Positions 1-11,604 are shown, counted from the stretch's first letter. The stretch: 64,000 nt of DNA from Paraspadella gotoi (GCA_051294375.1 CM119269.1:14643918-14707917), one strand, 5' to 3'. The notes: generated from the sequence alone by a model not told the origin. Program-made: numbers and translations.

Positions 1-361
1 TTGATTTAATTTTTTATAAAGAATCTGAATATTAATTAAAAGTTTAAAAAAAATTATTTTTAAAATTTATTATTTTATAAGAATATTACTACAAATATAT
101 TGTATTTTATTATTCTGTTCTCGAGACTATATAAACAAAATATTTTTGTACTAATTAATCATACTATCTTATATCTATCTTATATCTTATATAATGACCC
201 AAATAAATATTTTGTTCTTGAGTGCTCCAATCTAATGTAGAATTCCAATATTTGTCTCTTGGGATATATCGACCTCTTAAGAGGCTCTTTTCTATCCTTG
301 ATTTATGTTAATCATTTTTATTTCGACAAAAATTACACAAAAATTGTTATGTCCCACACAG

Positions 362-3027
362 GCATCCAGTCTTCCGGCAAGGTTGCCTACTTCACGGCCG
401 TTTTTCCTTATCTGGTCCTCGTGATCCTGCTTATCCGTGGCCTAACTCTTCCCGGTTACGAACGCGGGCTTGAGTTCTATCTTAAACCCGACTGGAGCAG
501 GCTGAAGGATCCGCAAGTCTGGGGTGATGCGGCGGTTCAGGTCAGAATTTTCGCCTTGCTTTCTAATGAAGCGTGTCAACGAGCGAATCCTGCTTTTAAA
601 TTTGTAAATTTAGATTAATAGTCTGACAGTTATTGCTCGACCTCAAAGTTAAGAATTTTTATTATGAAAATATACTTTTTATTTAACATCTAATTTTTTC
701 GCAGGTGACATTCTCCCTTTCTTGCGGTTTCGGTGGCGTCTTGACCTTGGCGTCTTACAATAAATTCAAGAACAACTGCATCAAGGTATTATTCAGTTTT
801 TACTTTGCAGTCCTAGCGATGAATTCGTTATAACTGGTACTAGTAATTAGCTGCGTTAATTAAGTTCTCACTTCTCAGTCTTGGTATGCGAGTTTAGTTG
901 ACAAAGAAAAATGATAATATGAAGAATCGCTCTCTATTGCGTTCCAGAATTGTGGCTGTCACATTTTTCCTCATTTTCTCATTGATTTTTTAACAAATTT
1001 TTAAAAAATGGTCGCGGCCTTAAGCGGCGGTTGACCTCTGTCAGTGACTCTCATTAATTTTTGATTTATAACGCTTATATTAATCTTTGTAGTTTGTACA
1101 ATACATCCCAGTCCCAAAGATTCCCAAACTTCCAGTGTAGTTTTTATTATTAAATAAAATGAGTTAATAAATATTTATCCGGATAGGATACGTGGTTCAT
1201 CTGCGTGGTGACGTATCTGACAGCGATTTTCTCCGGTTTCGTCATCTTCTCTGTCTTGGGATTCATGTCCTACACATTGGACAAGCCGATTAAAGAAGTT
1301 GCCAGTCAAGGAGCCGGCCTGGCCTTCGTCATCTATCCGGAGGTAAACGATGGGGATTCTTTGCCGCTAAAAAACGAAAAACCGTATTAAATAATTAACT
1401 GGTTGCTCCTAGGCGATCGCCAACATGCCAGTCGCTCCTCTCTGGTCCGTACTTTTCTTCACCATGATTCTCACGTTGGGCGTCGGATCCCAGGTCAGTT
1501 ATTGCGTCGGTTATTTTTTTCTCGTCTTAATCACCTTTTTACCTTTTTTCCCCCCGATTTTCTCCGACTTTGCCAGATCGCCATCGTGACGACTGTGATT
1601 TCGACGATCGTTGACTCTTCTCCGAAGCTTCTTAATCGGCGTCTTCACTGCACGGCCGCTTTGTGCATTTTCGCCTTCTTGATCGGACTACCCTTGTGCT
1701 CCGGAGCGGGTGAGTTAATTAGGAAAGGATTTAAAAAAACAAAAAACTGTAGAAGCGCACGGGAACAGAAAATAAAAGAACAATGTATGTATATACGTGT
1801 ACGGGACGCGATTTTTTATCACAGGAATGATGAACTGTAGCAACATATCTTAAAAAAGTATGATTTTGCATTCTAACGTTAAATATTCCCCTAATTGCTC
1901 TTATCCACAGGAATGTACATCCTTCAGTTGTTGGACAATTACGTGGCAACTTGGTCCATCGTCATTATCTGCATCATGGAATGCTTCATCGTCACCTTCA
2001 ACTACGGATCTGAAAGACTGATGAAGGACATCTCGGTCATGACTGGCACCAGGTCATTGCTGTCTAGACAAATTTTTAAAAAAAATATCGATTTTGTTTT
2101 GCTAGAGCTTCCATTTCTCTTTTCCTCCAGACCTTCTGCGGTGTGGAAGTGGTGTTGGCAATTGGTTTCCCCTCTGACGCTGATCTTCATCCTCATCTCC
2201 ATGTTCGTGCGTCACGCCCAGGGCGGACGTTCCACCTATGATAGCTACACTTATCCGTTTTGGGCGGATTCGTTGGGACTCTTCATCTCGTTCGCCTCCG
2301 TAATGCTGATTCCCATCGTCGCGGTGGCGCAGATCATTAAGGTGGGTTAAAAGAAAAACGAGGAGAAAGTTAACTGTTCGGTATGCCTATCGCTTGATCG
2401 ATTGTGTTTTTTTGGGTGATGCGTTCTTGGATTCGTTCGTAAGTCAACCCGCTACTCGAATTTTATTATTCTGTTCTTCACAGCCAGGCTCCCCATTATA
2501 CTTTGTGAACCAATCTTTTCAACCTTCCCTTCCTAAATTCTCTATCATTCTGTGTCATTCGAGCCATTATAATTTATGACGACAAATGATCAATCAATAT
2601 TTAACTCCGTCCATCAGGGCGACGGCCCGTTACGCGTGCGCGTACAAAGGCTCCTTCGTCCAACTTCGGACTGGGGCCCTGCACGCGCCGAAGACCGAGT
2701 GATCGTGGAACGCGTTCACGACGGAACCCGCGGACCCGGAGGATGTGGGCCAGGGGCCTCGATCCCGTTCAACCCGTCCACGGTTTCGACTACTCCGATG
2801 TTACAGGTGGATGCAGGGAAATAATTTTTTTTTACGACTAACCAGTCCTTCATTAGTTGTATTTATTAATTAAACGTCCCATTCGCCATTGATTTCAGAA
2901 CGTTATTAACGAAGATTTTAATGACTCTCCGATTCCATCGGAGGTGGACTTGGCAGCGCTTAATCGCCGCGCCGCCGGCGGTGGTGGCGATGTCTCCGGG
3001 AACACCCTCGCTGTCCCTACCGTTTGA
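362..3027 (+). CDS. SLC6 Na+/Cl- dependent transporter, amino-acid (glycine/proline-like) subfamily; 5' exons lie before the window. Exons 362-540, 705-785, 1187-1342, 1413-1493, 1577-1709, 1911-2052, 2131-2341, 2618-2806, 2899-3027
   Basis: GT-AG exons join in phase. Motifs include [76 protein letters not shown] and [14 protein letters not shown] resembles GlyT1 GLGTQ. Candidate AATAAA at 4502-4507. Confidence 0.95.
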
Positions 3028-4544
3028 GAATCGGAAAGCAGGGGGGTGTACTTCGTTGAATGAACCTGATTAGTTGGGGGGGGGGAATCGTTTGTCTTGT
3101 CTTTTTCTTAGATTCTTCCTAATTTTCTTTTTTTTTTTTTTGATCAGTCTTTTTTTTGTCGCCCGTTATCTAAATTTACTAAAAATCCTACCAAAGTTTG
3201 TTACGCGACAAAAACGATGAATCCAATGTCTCGTTGCCATCATTTGCGAAAATTATCACTTATGCTATGTAAACTGTTTTACGTCACGTTTTGTTTTGAG
3301 ACGAAAGTAGATGATTGACTGCCGAATTCCTTGCACGTCACTAAGCACGCCAATATTTTTTTAAAAATATTACTATTCGTAATGTGATTCCGCCTCTGAA
3401 CGGCTTGGTCAACGACTTTTTACTCTAGTTACTCAAAAGCAGAACTTTAGAATAATAGTTACCCGTAAATATTTAGTTTTAAAAACTGTGATATTTGTTT
3501 AAATTTGTACAGCAGAGTAGTGATTTATTTTTTTGTGCAATTATGGGCACTGGCAGGCGTTTTCCTGCTTCCCCAGTCCTGCGAAACGACATCCCTTTTG
3601 AACACAATGCGGTTGTTTTTACTTTTACAGTTTATCTACTTGGTCGAGAGTTGCTTCTTTACTTATCCCTTTAGATCCTTTTACATTAAGAGCTAGTCTT
3701 TTTATCGTAGTCTTAAGACGTAGTATAATAATTGGAGGCGAAGCATGCTACCTTAAAATAAATTAGATATGTTTAACGAGGAGCTTGCTTGTGGACTGCG
3801 TTGGTTATCAACGTCCCGTGTCATCATCACCTTGTGTCATGGTTTTTGTTAATATTTTGTAATCATTAGTCTGCATTATATTTTTATTTTTCTCATTTCA
3901 TATTTTTCATCTTAGTTTTTACGTTTCTTTTAAAAAACTCTCAAATTTAGAATTGGAGCTTTTTGAGAATGGAAACCGTTAAATTATTTGATAATATCTT
4001 TTGCATCAAATCTACATTGTATCATTCACTCATATATTTTGAATGATTTTTACGACAGTGATTTTTTTAAACATTTAAAGATTTCGTAAATGCCTATTAA
4101 GAAAATGGATCTAAAATTTTCTCTGATACAATGCTATAATTCGGTATTCGTGACTATTCGTGCTTTAATCTCGGACGCTTCCTCGAAACCGCAAGCTTTT
4201 CTAATACATATTTTATAGAAAAATTTTAAATGTTGCCTTCAACACTGCACTTCTAAGCTCTATTTATTAGTAAAACATGTTATTTTAATATTATTAGAAA
4301 GAAATACCGATTTTATATCTACTACGCGGTGAAGAATCAAAAGTTTGCAGGCTCTAAGCTTAAACAAATATTTGCTGACATTTCTAGGAGAGGGTTTATA
4401 TTAGTTATGGCATCTGTCACGGTTAAAACATTGAGTCCAACAATTTAATCCATCAAAATCTTGTAATTATCGTTCAATTGAATGTAAAATTATGAAGTGT
4501 AAATAAAACTGCTTAATTTGTTTTCACGAAGTTTTGAATTGAAT

Positions 4545-4870
4545 TCAGCCGTCCCTTATTACATTTGTGCGCCATCAAATTTGGTGGACCACATTTGTTT
4601 TGTGGATTTTTATTTCTGATTAGTAATAGTAGCTCTGATGAGTAATTTGCATAGCGAAGAATAAATCTGTATAAAGGGCCGCAGAAAGGCTGCCGCTAAA
4701 TAAGCGTAGCCAGGCTTGGAAAGCGGCGCTAGATTGAACGTGATGGAAAGCTTGGAACAGTGGAGCGCTCCAAGGAAACTAAGCTATCTTTTGAATACAA
4801 TCCTCAGCCTCGTTCTTAATAATAGTATTTGGTCTGATTGAAAAGACCGAGATGTCCCCGACCCCAGCTA
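4545..4870 (+). ncRNA. Candidate structured RNA between the convergent SLC6 and NDUFV1 poly(A) signals
   Basis: Relatively GC-rich island with several stems (CCATCAA/TTGGTGG, CCACA/TGTGG, GCCGC/GCGGC, GGCTG/TAGCC, AGCTTGG/CTAAGCT, GGTCT/AGACC). The wobble pairs are G-U only on the + strand. Confidence 0.35.
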
Positions 4871-4949
4871 GTTTAAAGAGCAAATAGAAAAATAAATATC
4901 GACAAATTTATTTTCATGATTATAAAACAAACAAAATGTCGGACATTTT

Positions 4950-7900
4950 TCATTGCGCGGCTGCTTGTTTCTCATTTCGCTCGTGGAACTCTTTCATCCT
5001 CCTCTCCAGTTCGGGTCGGAAATGACGAATGAGTCCCTGCACAGGCCAGGCGGCCGCGTCGCCGAGAGCGCAGATGGTGTGGCCCTCTATCTGCTTTGAC
5101 AATTCCCACAAGGAGTCTATCTCTTCCGGACGAGCGTTTCCCACAACGAATCGTTCCATGACTTTGCTCAACCACGGAGATCCTTCGCTGTGAGCGGAGA
5201 GGGAAAATTCGGAAGATATAATAAAAAAGGCTAAATAAATATATAAATAATAATAAATAACAGGAAGATTCAGGTTTCAACGTGCCATGATTGTCTTACC
5301 GACAGGGAGTGCATTGTCCACACGATTCGTGGACATAAAATTCTGAGAGCCTGGCGATGGCCTTAACAATGTCAGTGCTTTTGTCCATGACTATGACGGC
5401 GGCCGTGCCGAGTCCGCTCTGAACTTCCACTAACGCGTCGAAATCCATCAAAACTGTGTCGCAAATATGCTGAAGAGAAAAACGAAGAATGAAGCCAATA
5501 GTATTGGCAATACAAACATTGGCTTATTTTTACATTCGCCGACGGGGATTTTGTGGTCGATTATTTGTTTTTCGCTTCTTATGAGCGATGTATAGAAATC
5601 TCATTTCGCAAAAATAAATGACACTGGTAAGAGAAGAAAATCTTTATATCGCAAATTTAATTTTAAAACTAACCCTAACCACCCCTAACCCAATTGCTTA
5701 CCGTTTAAAAAATATAACAAAAATATTAGTTATTTTACTTTCATTTTGGTTATTTGTTTAAAGTAAAAAATAAATTGTTTATGAACGAGTTTTATTTAGA
5801 AATATAAACTTCGGACATATTCCGGCTTCAATGTAAGCCTTCATAAGCGCGAAAACGAATTGATTTGTGAAACAAATATTTTCACAATATTTGAAATGAG
5901 TCTGTAAAAATATGTTTTACAAATCAATTCTTTTCGCGCTGATGAAGGCTTATATTGAAGTCCGAAATTTATGTTTCTTAATAAAACTCGTTGTACATCA
6001 ACAAACAATTCATTTTCTACCTCAAACATAAAAATATAAATTAAAATAAATTTAAAACTATTATTATTTATTAAAAAAATTGTATATTATTGTGCAAACT
6101 AAGACTCGACGCTAGAAGGAAAACAAATTTAAAGCACCGACCGCTGGAACCTCAAGTTGGTTGCGGACGTCGAATAGTAAAGTTACCCCAAACATTAACA
6201 TCACGACACCATTTTAAGGACCTGGGGAATAACTGGCACTGAAGATCCGCCAGGAATAATGCCCAAAAGATTGTCCCAGCCTCCGCGGACACCGCCACAG
6301 TGGCGCTCCAGGAGATCCTTAAGTGGTATTGACATCTCTTCCTCCACAGTGCAAGGTTTGTTAACGTGACCTTAAATTTTAAATAACATTTGACCGTTTA
6401 TTACTTTTTCAATAGGCAGGTCTTAAGAACCTGCCAGCGGGACTGGAATAACTTTATGTTTATAATTTTATAACTTTATAATTTTTATGTTGGTCACACA
6501 GATTTCACAAAAACTAAATTTAACCACACTGTTACATTTATTGCTCAATTGGTCAATTCACTACTGTAATTTATAGTCTGAAAGAAAAGCGAGAAATTTA
6601 TAAAATTTAATCCTCCCATTGGCATTACCCGATACGCAAAAGAGTTTGGTGCCGGAATTTCTGGGTCTTCCGAAGGAGGCGAACCACTCTCCGCCTCTTC
6701 GACAAATGGCGGGAGCGACGGCGACGGTCTCGACATTGGCGACGGTCGTCGGACAACCAAAGACTCCGATGTCGGCGGGAAATGGCGGCTTTAGGCGGGG
6801 CTTGCCCTGAGAAGAGGGGGAGAGAAGATTTGAATCTAGATTTTGTAGCGGTAGTATTTCATACCCCGTTACTCGTCCGAGAATCAGCAGCACCTATGGC
6901 GCCGGAGGTAGCACGAGCTCCTCCCAACCCAAAGGACTCGGGTTCGCGCCCTGCTGATTCACACAAGTAAAAGCGGGACGGGGCGTCTAGCCCACCTGTA
7001 GTGACGGACTACAGCCCGATCCGAAGTTCGGGACCTTGTGTGCAACGGACGGTGAACTACTTGCGGCATCGTATTCCACAATTTATACTCTTTCCTGGAT
7101 TTAATTCGTATAAGTGACTATGTAAATCTGCACCTGCTTTCCCTCTAGCGACTCTATGAGCGCCGTTTCCTCGCCGCAAATGTAGGCGCCGGCGCCGCGG
7201 TGAAGGTAAACGTCGAAATCGTATCCGCTTCCGCAGGCGTTGCGACCGATAAGTCCGGCGCGGTACGCTTCGGCGATGGCAACCTGCGATAAGTGAGAAT
7301 GTTATGAAGACTTAATTTATTCAAATTTAATCTCAATTACATAACGGCGATTCGCAGAGGGACTAGTCACCTGCAAATTCGTTCCTTCTTGGTAAAACTC
7401 TCCACGGATATAAATATAAGCCGCCCTGGCGCCCATTGCGCGCCCCGCGACGAGACAGCCTTCGACCAGAACGTGGGGGTCGTGTCTCATGATCTCGCGA
7501 TCCTTACAAGTGCCTGGCTCGCCCTCGTCCGCGTTGACGACGAGATACTTGGGGCGACCGTCGTCCGGTTTGTTCATGAAGGACCACTTGAGGCCGGAGG
7601 GGAAGCCGGCGCCGCCGCGGCCACGAAGCCCGGACTTTTTTACTTCATCGAGAATCCATTCGTGACCTGGAGGTGGTCGTTATTATTAATGAGGTTTTGG
7701 CTATTTAAACGAACAATTCGAAACGAGTACCTACCCCTATAAAACAACAAAAATTCTTAGGAACGAACCTTTCAAAATGATCTCTTTAGTCTTGTACCAC
7801 TGTCCTCGAGCCAAGGCTCCCTTAAGCCGCCAATCGTGTCGTCCGTAAATATTTGTGAAGATCCTGTCTTCGTCCTTGAGGTCGCCGAACCGCCTTCGTT

Positions 7901-8000
7901 GCCCGGCGGCCAGGCAGGGAAAGCCCGAAGCCACGCGGCTCATCGAAAGGGCGGGTCCAACCTTGCCCGACAAAAGGCGGGGCGCTTGGGAAACAGCCAT
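4950..8000 (-). CDS. NDUFV1: NADH dehydrogenase flavoprotein 1 (51-kDa complex I subunit). Exons 8000-7769, 7666-7371, 7283-7134, 6806-6629, 6370-6222, 5469-5300, 5187-4950
   Basis: Arg-rich presequence, then [70 protein letters not shown] and GHTICALGD. All introns are GT-AG and in phase. Confidence 0.98.
5760..6030. mobile_element. Foldback element with degenerate Penelope-type minimal hammerhead cores, in an NDUFV1 intron
   Basis: Long imperfect inverted repeat centred near 5895. The + arm reads CTGATGA(5939-5945)-AGGCTT-atattg-AAGTCC-GAAA; the mirror arm on - reads CTTATGA..AAGCC-GGAA-TATGTC. Confidence 0.7.
6841..7123 (-). ncRNA. Intronic multibranched RNA with an H/ACA-like layout in NDUFV1 intron 3
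   Basis: On the sense strand: 5' hairpin, H-box AUACGA (7074-7069), then a large branched hairpin and ACA (6846-6844). Stems include a perfect 10-bp GAAUCAGCAG/CUGCUGAUUC, CACACAAG/CUUGUGUG, CUGUAGU/ACUACAG and a C(UUCG)G tetraloop. Confidence 0.6.
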
Positions 8001-8566
8001 CGCGGCGCAGGGAGGGGGGAGAAAGGGGGTCGAGGGGAAGTTCAACTCATGCGCTCGGAAGAGCGAGACAGAGTCGGTTGATTTTCTTAGAGCCTGCGAA
8101 CGATAACGGAATTTTAAGACATGATTCTCGCTCTTAAATCTCGATTATATTGAACATATCAATCTGCCAAAACACACCCTTGGGTTAAAAAAACTGGACT
8201 ACTGCAGTGGTGCAGTATTTATGTAATAATATCTCGATACATATAAATATTTCGTTAAATAACGTGGTGAATTGGGAAGAAAAATTAATTTTCTAAAGGG
8301 AAATGATTATTACGAACGTCGACGTTGGGAATGATTTGGCGCGAAAATTAGCCACGCCAATTCGATCGACGCAAAGGAATGATTTATGGACCCAAAAAAA
8401 AAAAACGGGCAACAAAAAATAATATTGTGCTGTGGAATGACAACTTCGATTTTAGCCTAAAACGACCCACTCTTCCTTTCGCAGTCTCTTTAAGTCTGCT
8501 CTACGTCTGGAGTTTTTCGCGCGGCGACGCTCGCCAGTTTCTTTTCATCCATCCCCGCATTGAGGC

Positions 8567-9153
8567 TTATTTGGCTTCCGTCTCCCGGCGGAGATAGGCT
8601 ATCAAATCGTCTCGCTCTTTCTTCTTCTTTATCCCGGCGAAGACCATCTTTGTGCCTGGGATGTATTTTTTGGGGTTCGTCAGGTAGATGTCCAGAGTGT
8701 CTTCGCCCCAGGTGATGCCTGTTAAATGGGAATATATAGCACATATAGTACACATGTATAAAGGAATTGTGACCCCTGTTACTTATATAAGATGCTAGGA
8801 TAAATATGTAATAGTTAGTCAACGCTAATAACAGTATGATAGTTGCATTAAACCAGCAATTATAAAGTAATTAATTTTTTAATCAAGCCAATTTCCCAAT
8901 TTTTCTAGTTACTAAATTTCTGTCATTTAACTCCATATGATCATTTCTTTCTATAAAACCTTATGAACATTCAAAATCAACCTTTCTTCTTGTTTGCTTC
9001 GGTGTAGGTAAATCCGGGAGAGTTGCCCGTCTGCCGACCCCACAACCCGTAAAGGTTGGGGCCAGTCTTGTGCTTTCCGCCCGACTCCACAGTGTGACAC
9101 TGAGAGCACTTCTGAACGAAGATTTTCTTGCCCTTTTCGGGGTCGCCGCTCAT
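8567..9153 (-). CDS. CYCS: Cytochrome c; exons 9153-8982 and 8718-8567
   Basis: [21 protein letters not shown] (CxxCH), [34 protein letters not shown]; one phase-1 GT-AG intron. Confidence 0.98.
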
Positions 9154-9688
9154 GTTTAGTGGTGGTGTTTTGGCCGAGTTAAATTAATTAAGATTTTTAA
9201 GTTAATTAGGTTTTAAGCCAACTTTGGCTGCTGTAAACAAAATAAGAACAGATATCGTTAACGACGTAATACGGCTTCACGGATCTATTATTTGAATAAC
9301 CAACTTGACAAATAGGGCATGTTATCTGTTATTTTTGGGAGAAATCCTCGACCTTAGTATTTTAACCATATGTATACTTAACACTTCCATGTTATAAAAG
9401 CTCCTTGAGAGCAGAGCGCCATTGTTCCGACCTAAAGCGACATTGAGTGCGAGAGGACTGACCCGCTCGGCCAGCTTCATCTCCGCCGCCGCCAAGCGTC
9501 GCCCATCCACGAGTTCCTTCTCGAACAAAAGATCGGCGACCGAGTGTCTCGTCATTTGCGTCGCGAGTTTCGTCAGCCGTAGGAACCCCAATCACGACTC
9601 TTATTTATTCGTCCAACGACCTGATTGGCGACGTCACCCGCGCGTCGTCGGGATGACGAAATTCGGCCAAGACGTCAACGACTATGGA

Positions 9689-9707
9689 CCAATCAGCGTC
9701 TTCCACG
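9689..9707 (+). promoter_or_regulatory. ER stress response element (ERSE) upstream of XBP1
   Basis: Exact CCAAT-N9-CCACG (CCAAT cagcgtctt CCACG), about 280 bp before the XBP1 ATG. Confidence 0.85.
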
Positions 9708-9786
9708 CCGATTTCGACCGAAGACGACGACGACGCGTCCAATCCCGCGTCGAGGTCGACGTCTTCGACCGCGCCCTCCAAACCAA

Positions 9787-9799
9787 ATTGGACACGTCA
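9787..9799. promoter_or_regulatory. ERSE-II/UPRE-like site
   Basis: ATTGG-ACACGTCA is one base short of ATTGGNCCACG and reads TGACGTGT on the - strand. A second ATTGG plus CRE-like GACGTCA lies at 9624-9636. Confidence 0.5.
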
Positions 9800-9982
9800 G
9801 CCCAAATCGCGTCGGCAGAAGTTTCGAGATACCGAGACGAAGATGAAGGATGCGAAAAGCGTCATTCGCGTCTCGGACGAATCCACATCCATTGGAGTCA
9901 TTTTAGACGTCGGAAAACTTTAAAGCGAAAATTTTCGAAAAGAAGAAACTAATTTAAAAATAAAGAAACATTGCCCTCCACA

Positions 9983-11419
9983 ATGTCACTAAAGAGATCG
10001 GCGGCGGAGGATTTCCATTACGACGTCGTCATCGACGACGACGACGACTCGGATCAAGAGATGGAATCGGAGAACGCCGTAACGATCGGCAGCGCCAGCA
10101 CTCCCAAGAGGAAACGACAACGCCTCACCCATCTGAGCGAAGAAGAAAAGATGATCAGACGAAAACTTAAGAACAGGTGAGGTCCTGATAACTAAATGGG
10201 TATTATCAAAAGGCAAGACGTAACTCAAAACCCGATTTTTGTTCGTTTCGACAGGATGGCCGCTCAAAACGCTCGCGACCGGAAAAAAGCCCAGATGGAG
10301 GAGCTGGAGAAGGTGGTGGTTCGATTGGAGAAGCAGAACGCGCGTTTGTTGAAAGAGAACGCGTCTCTCCGCGAGACGCTCGCGCGAACGCGACCATCTC
10401 TTACCAAAGAGGTCGTCGAGGGCGCCCTCGCGTCGTCGTCTTCTGAATCCGCAGCATTCAGCGAGGTTCTTCCGCAGCAAGAACGGACGGCGGCGTGGGT
10501 GCGCCGACAGATGCTCCTCAGGTTGACGTCGGCCACGAGATGTTTGACCTGTTTGGCGGCCTTGATGCTAGCTTCCTCGCTCAGGTAAGGATAAACGTAA
10601 AGACGAAAAGGAAAATTCCTCGTAATCGACATTAAATCTTTGGTCTCTTATCTTCAGGTCACAGACATCCTCTTCGAAGCAGCTGACTCCGGCGCAAAAG
10701 CGCCTGTTGCTCCGGCTTCACTCGACGAACGAGTCGAAGATCTGCAGCCATCAGCGCCGCAGGGAGGATGCTTGGTGGGGCCCGCAACAACAAAGCTGGA
10801 ATCCGGCGAGGATAGAGGCCTGATTTACGGAGAGATGGAAAGCGTCGACGAGAAGATCGGGAAAAACACGAATGTTTCTTTGGATTCGTCGTCACAGCAA
10901 AATACTGTTCTGTGGGATCACTTGTACGCCTCGAACCCAGTCTTGTACGAAGAAGTCATTATGGAGACGAAAGAGTCGAAACTGCCCCTATCCCCCGAAC
11001 CCTTCGTCGACGAATCGTCCGGACGGTGCCGGAGAATCTCTGGCTCGACTCTCTCCGCCTCCACCGGCTCAGCCTCTTGGGCCGAAGACTCTGCCTACGG
11101 CTCTCCCTCTCCGTCGTTGCTGTCGGTGGAGGCCACCGATTCTTTCCTCAATCTCCCCGGCCGCTCTCCCGCCCGAGAGGAGCACGAAGAAGACTACCCG
11201 ACCACCCTGGATCTGGAGTTGTTAGACTCGCTCTTGTCGCGCGATATCCTCGATGAATCGGGTCGGCTCCTCTGCGGGCCGGGGTCGGGGACAGACTGGG
11301 AAGGGGAGGTCAGCGATTCCCTGTCGTCGTCGTCGTCGGTTCGGGCGGAGATCGGAGCCTTCGACAGTGAAGACTGGGAAAATACGTTCAAGGAGTTTTT
11401 CCCCGACCTTTGTATTTGA
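9983..11419 (+). CDS. XBP1: X-box binding protein 1. Exons 9983-10176, 10255-10584, 10658-end. Spliced form (XBP1s) stops at 11419; unspliced form (XBP1u) stops at 10823
   Basis: bZIP RKRQRLTHLSEEEKMIRRKLKNRMAAQNARDRKK with a leucine zipper. Removing the IRE1 intron puts the acidic exon-3 frame, ending WENTFKEFFPDLCI, in phase. Confidence 0.97.
10443..10484 (+). other. IRE1 double stem-loop; 23-nt unconventional intron at 10452-10474
   Basis: CTGAAT-CCGCAGC-ATTCAG and GTTCTT-CCGCAGC-AAGAAC: two perfect 6-bp stems with CNG|CNGN 7-nt loops. Confidence 0.97.
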
Positions 11420-11604
11420 TTAAAAAACCACATTTTCCTTCGTTCACTATTTCGTATTCGACATTAAATTAAATTAATCGTGGTTACGTGTTAAGTTTGA
11501 CTAGGCTAAGTTGAGTCAGTATTCAGTAAAATGGAGTTCATGTTAAGTTAGTAAACGATAAAAAAAGCTTTTCAAAAGTTTCGCTCGAATAAAAGCATAT
11601 TGTT

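Noticed and set aside
4635-4660. CTGATGAG...CGAAG as a hammerhead or box C
   Set aside because: GAAG rather than GAAA, no stem II/III, and no terminal stem for a C/D snoRNA.
5669-5690. CTAACCCTAACC..CCCTAACCC telomere-like repeats as a possible telomerase template
   Set aside because: Only about three degenerate units, antisense to the host intron, with no pseudoknot context.
9322-9952. Overlapping ORFs of up to 176 aa upstream of XBP1
   Set aside because: CpG-rich promoter open in several frames, with no recognisable protein or splice structure.
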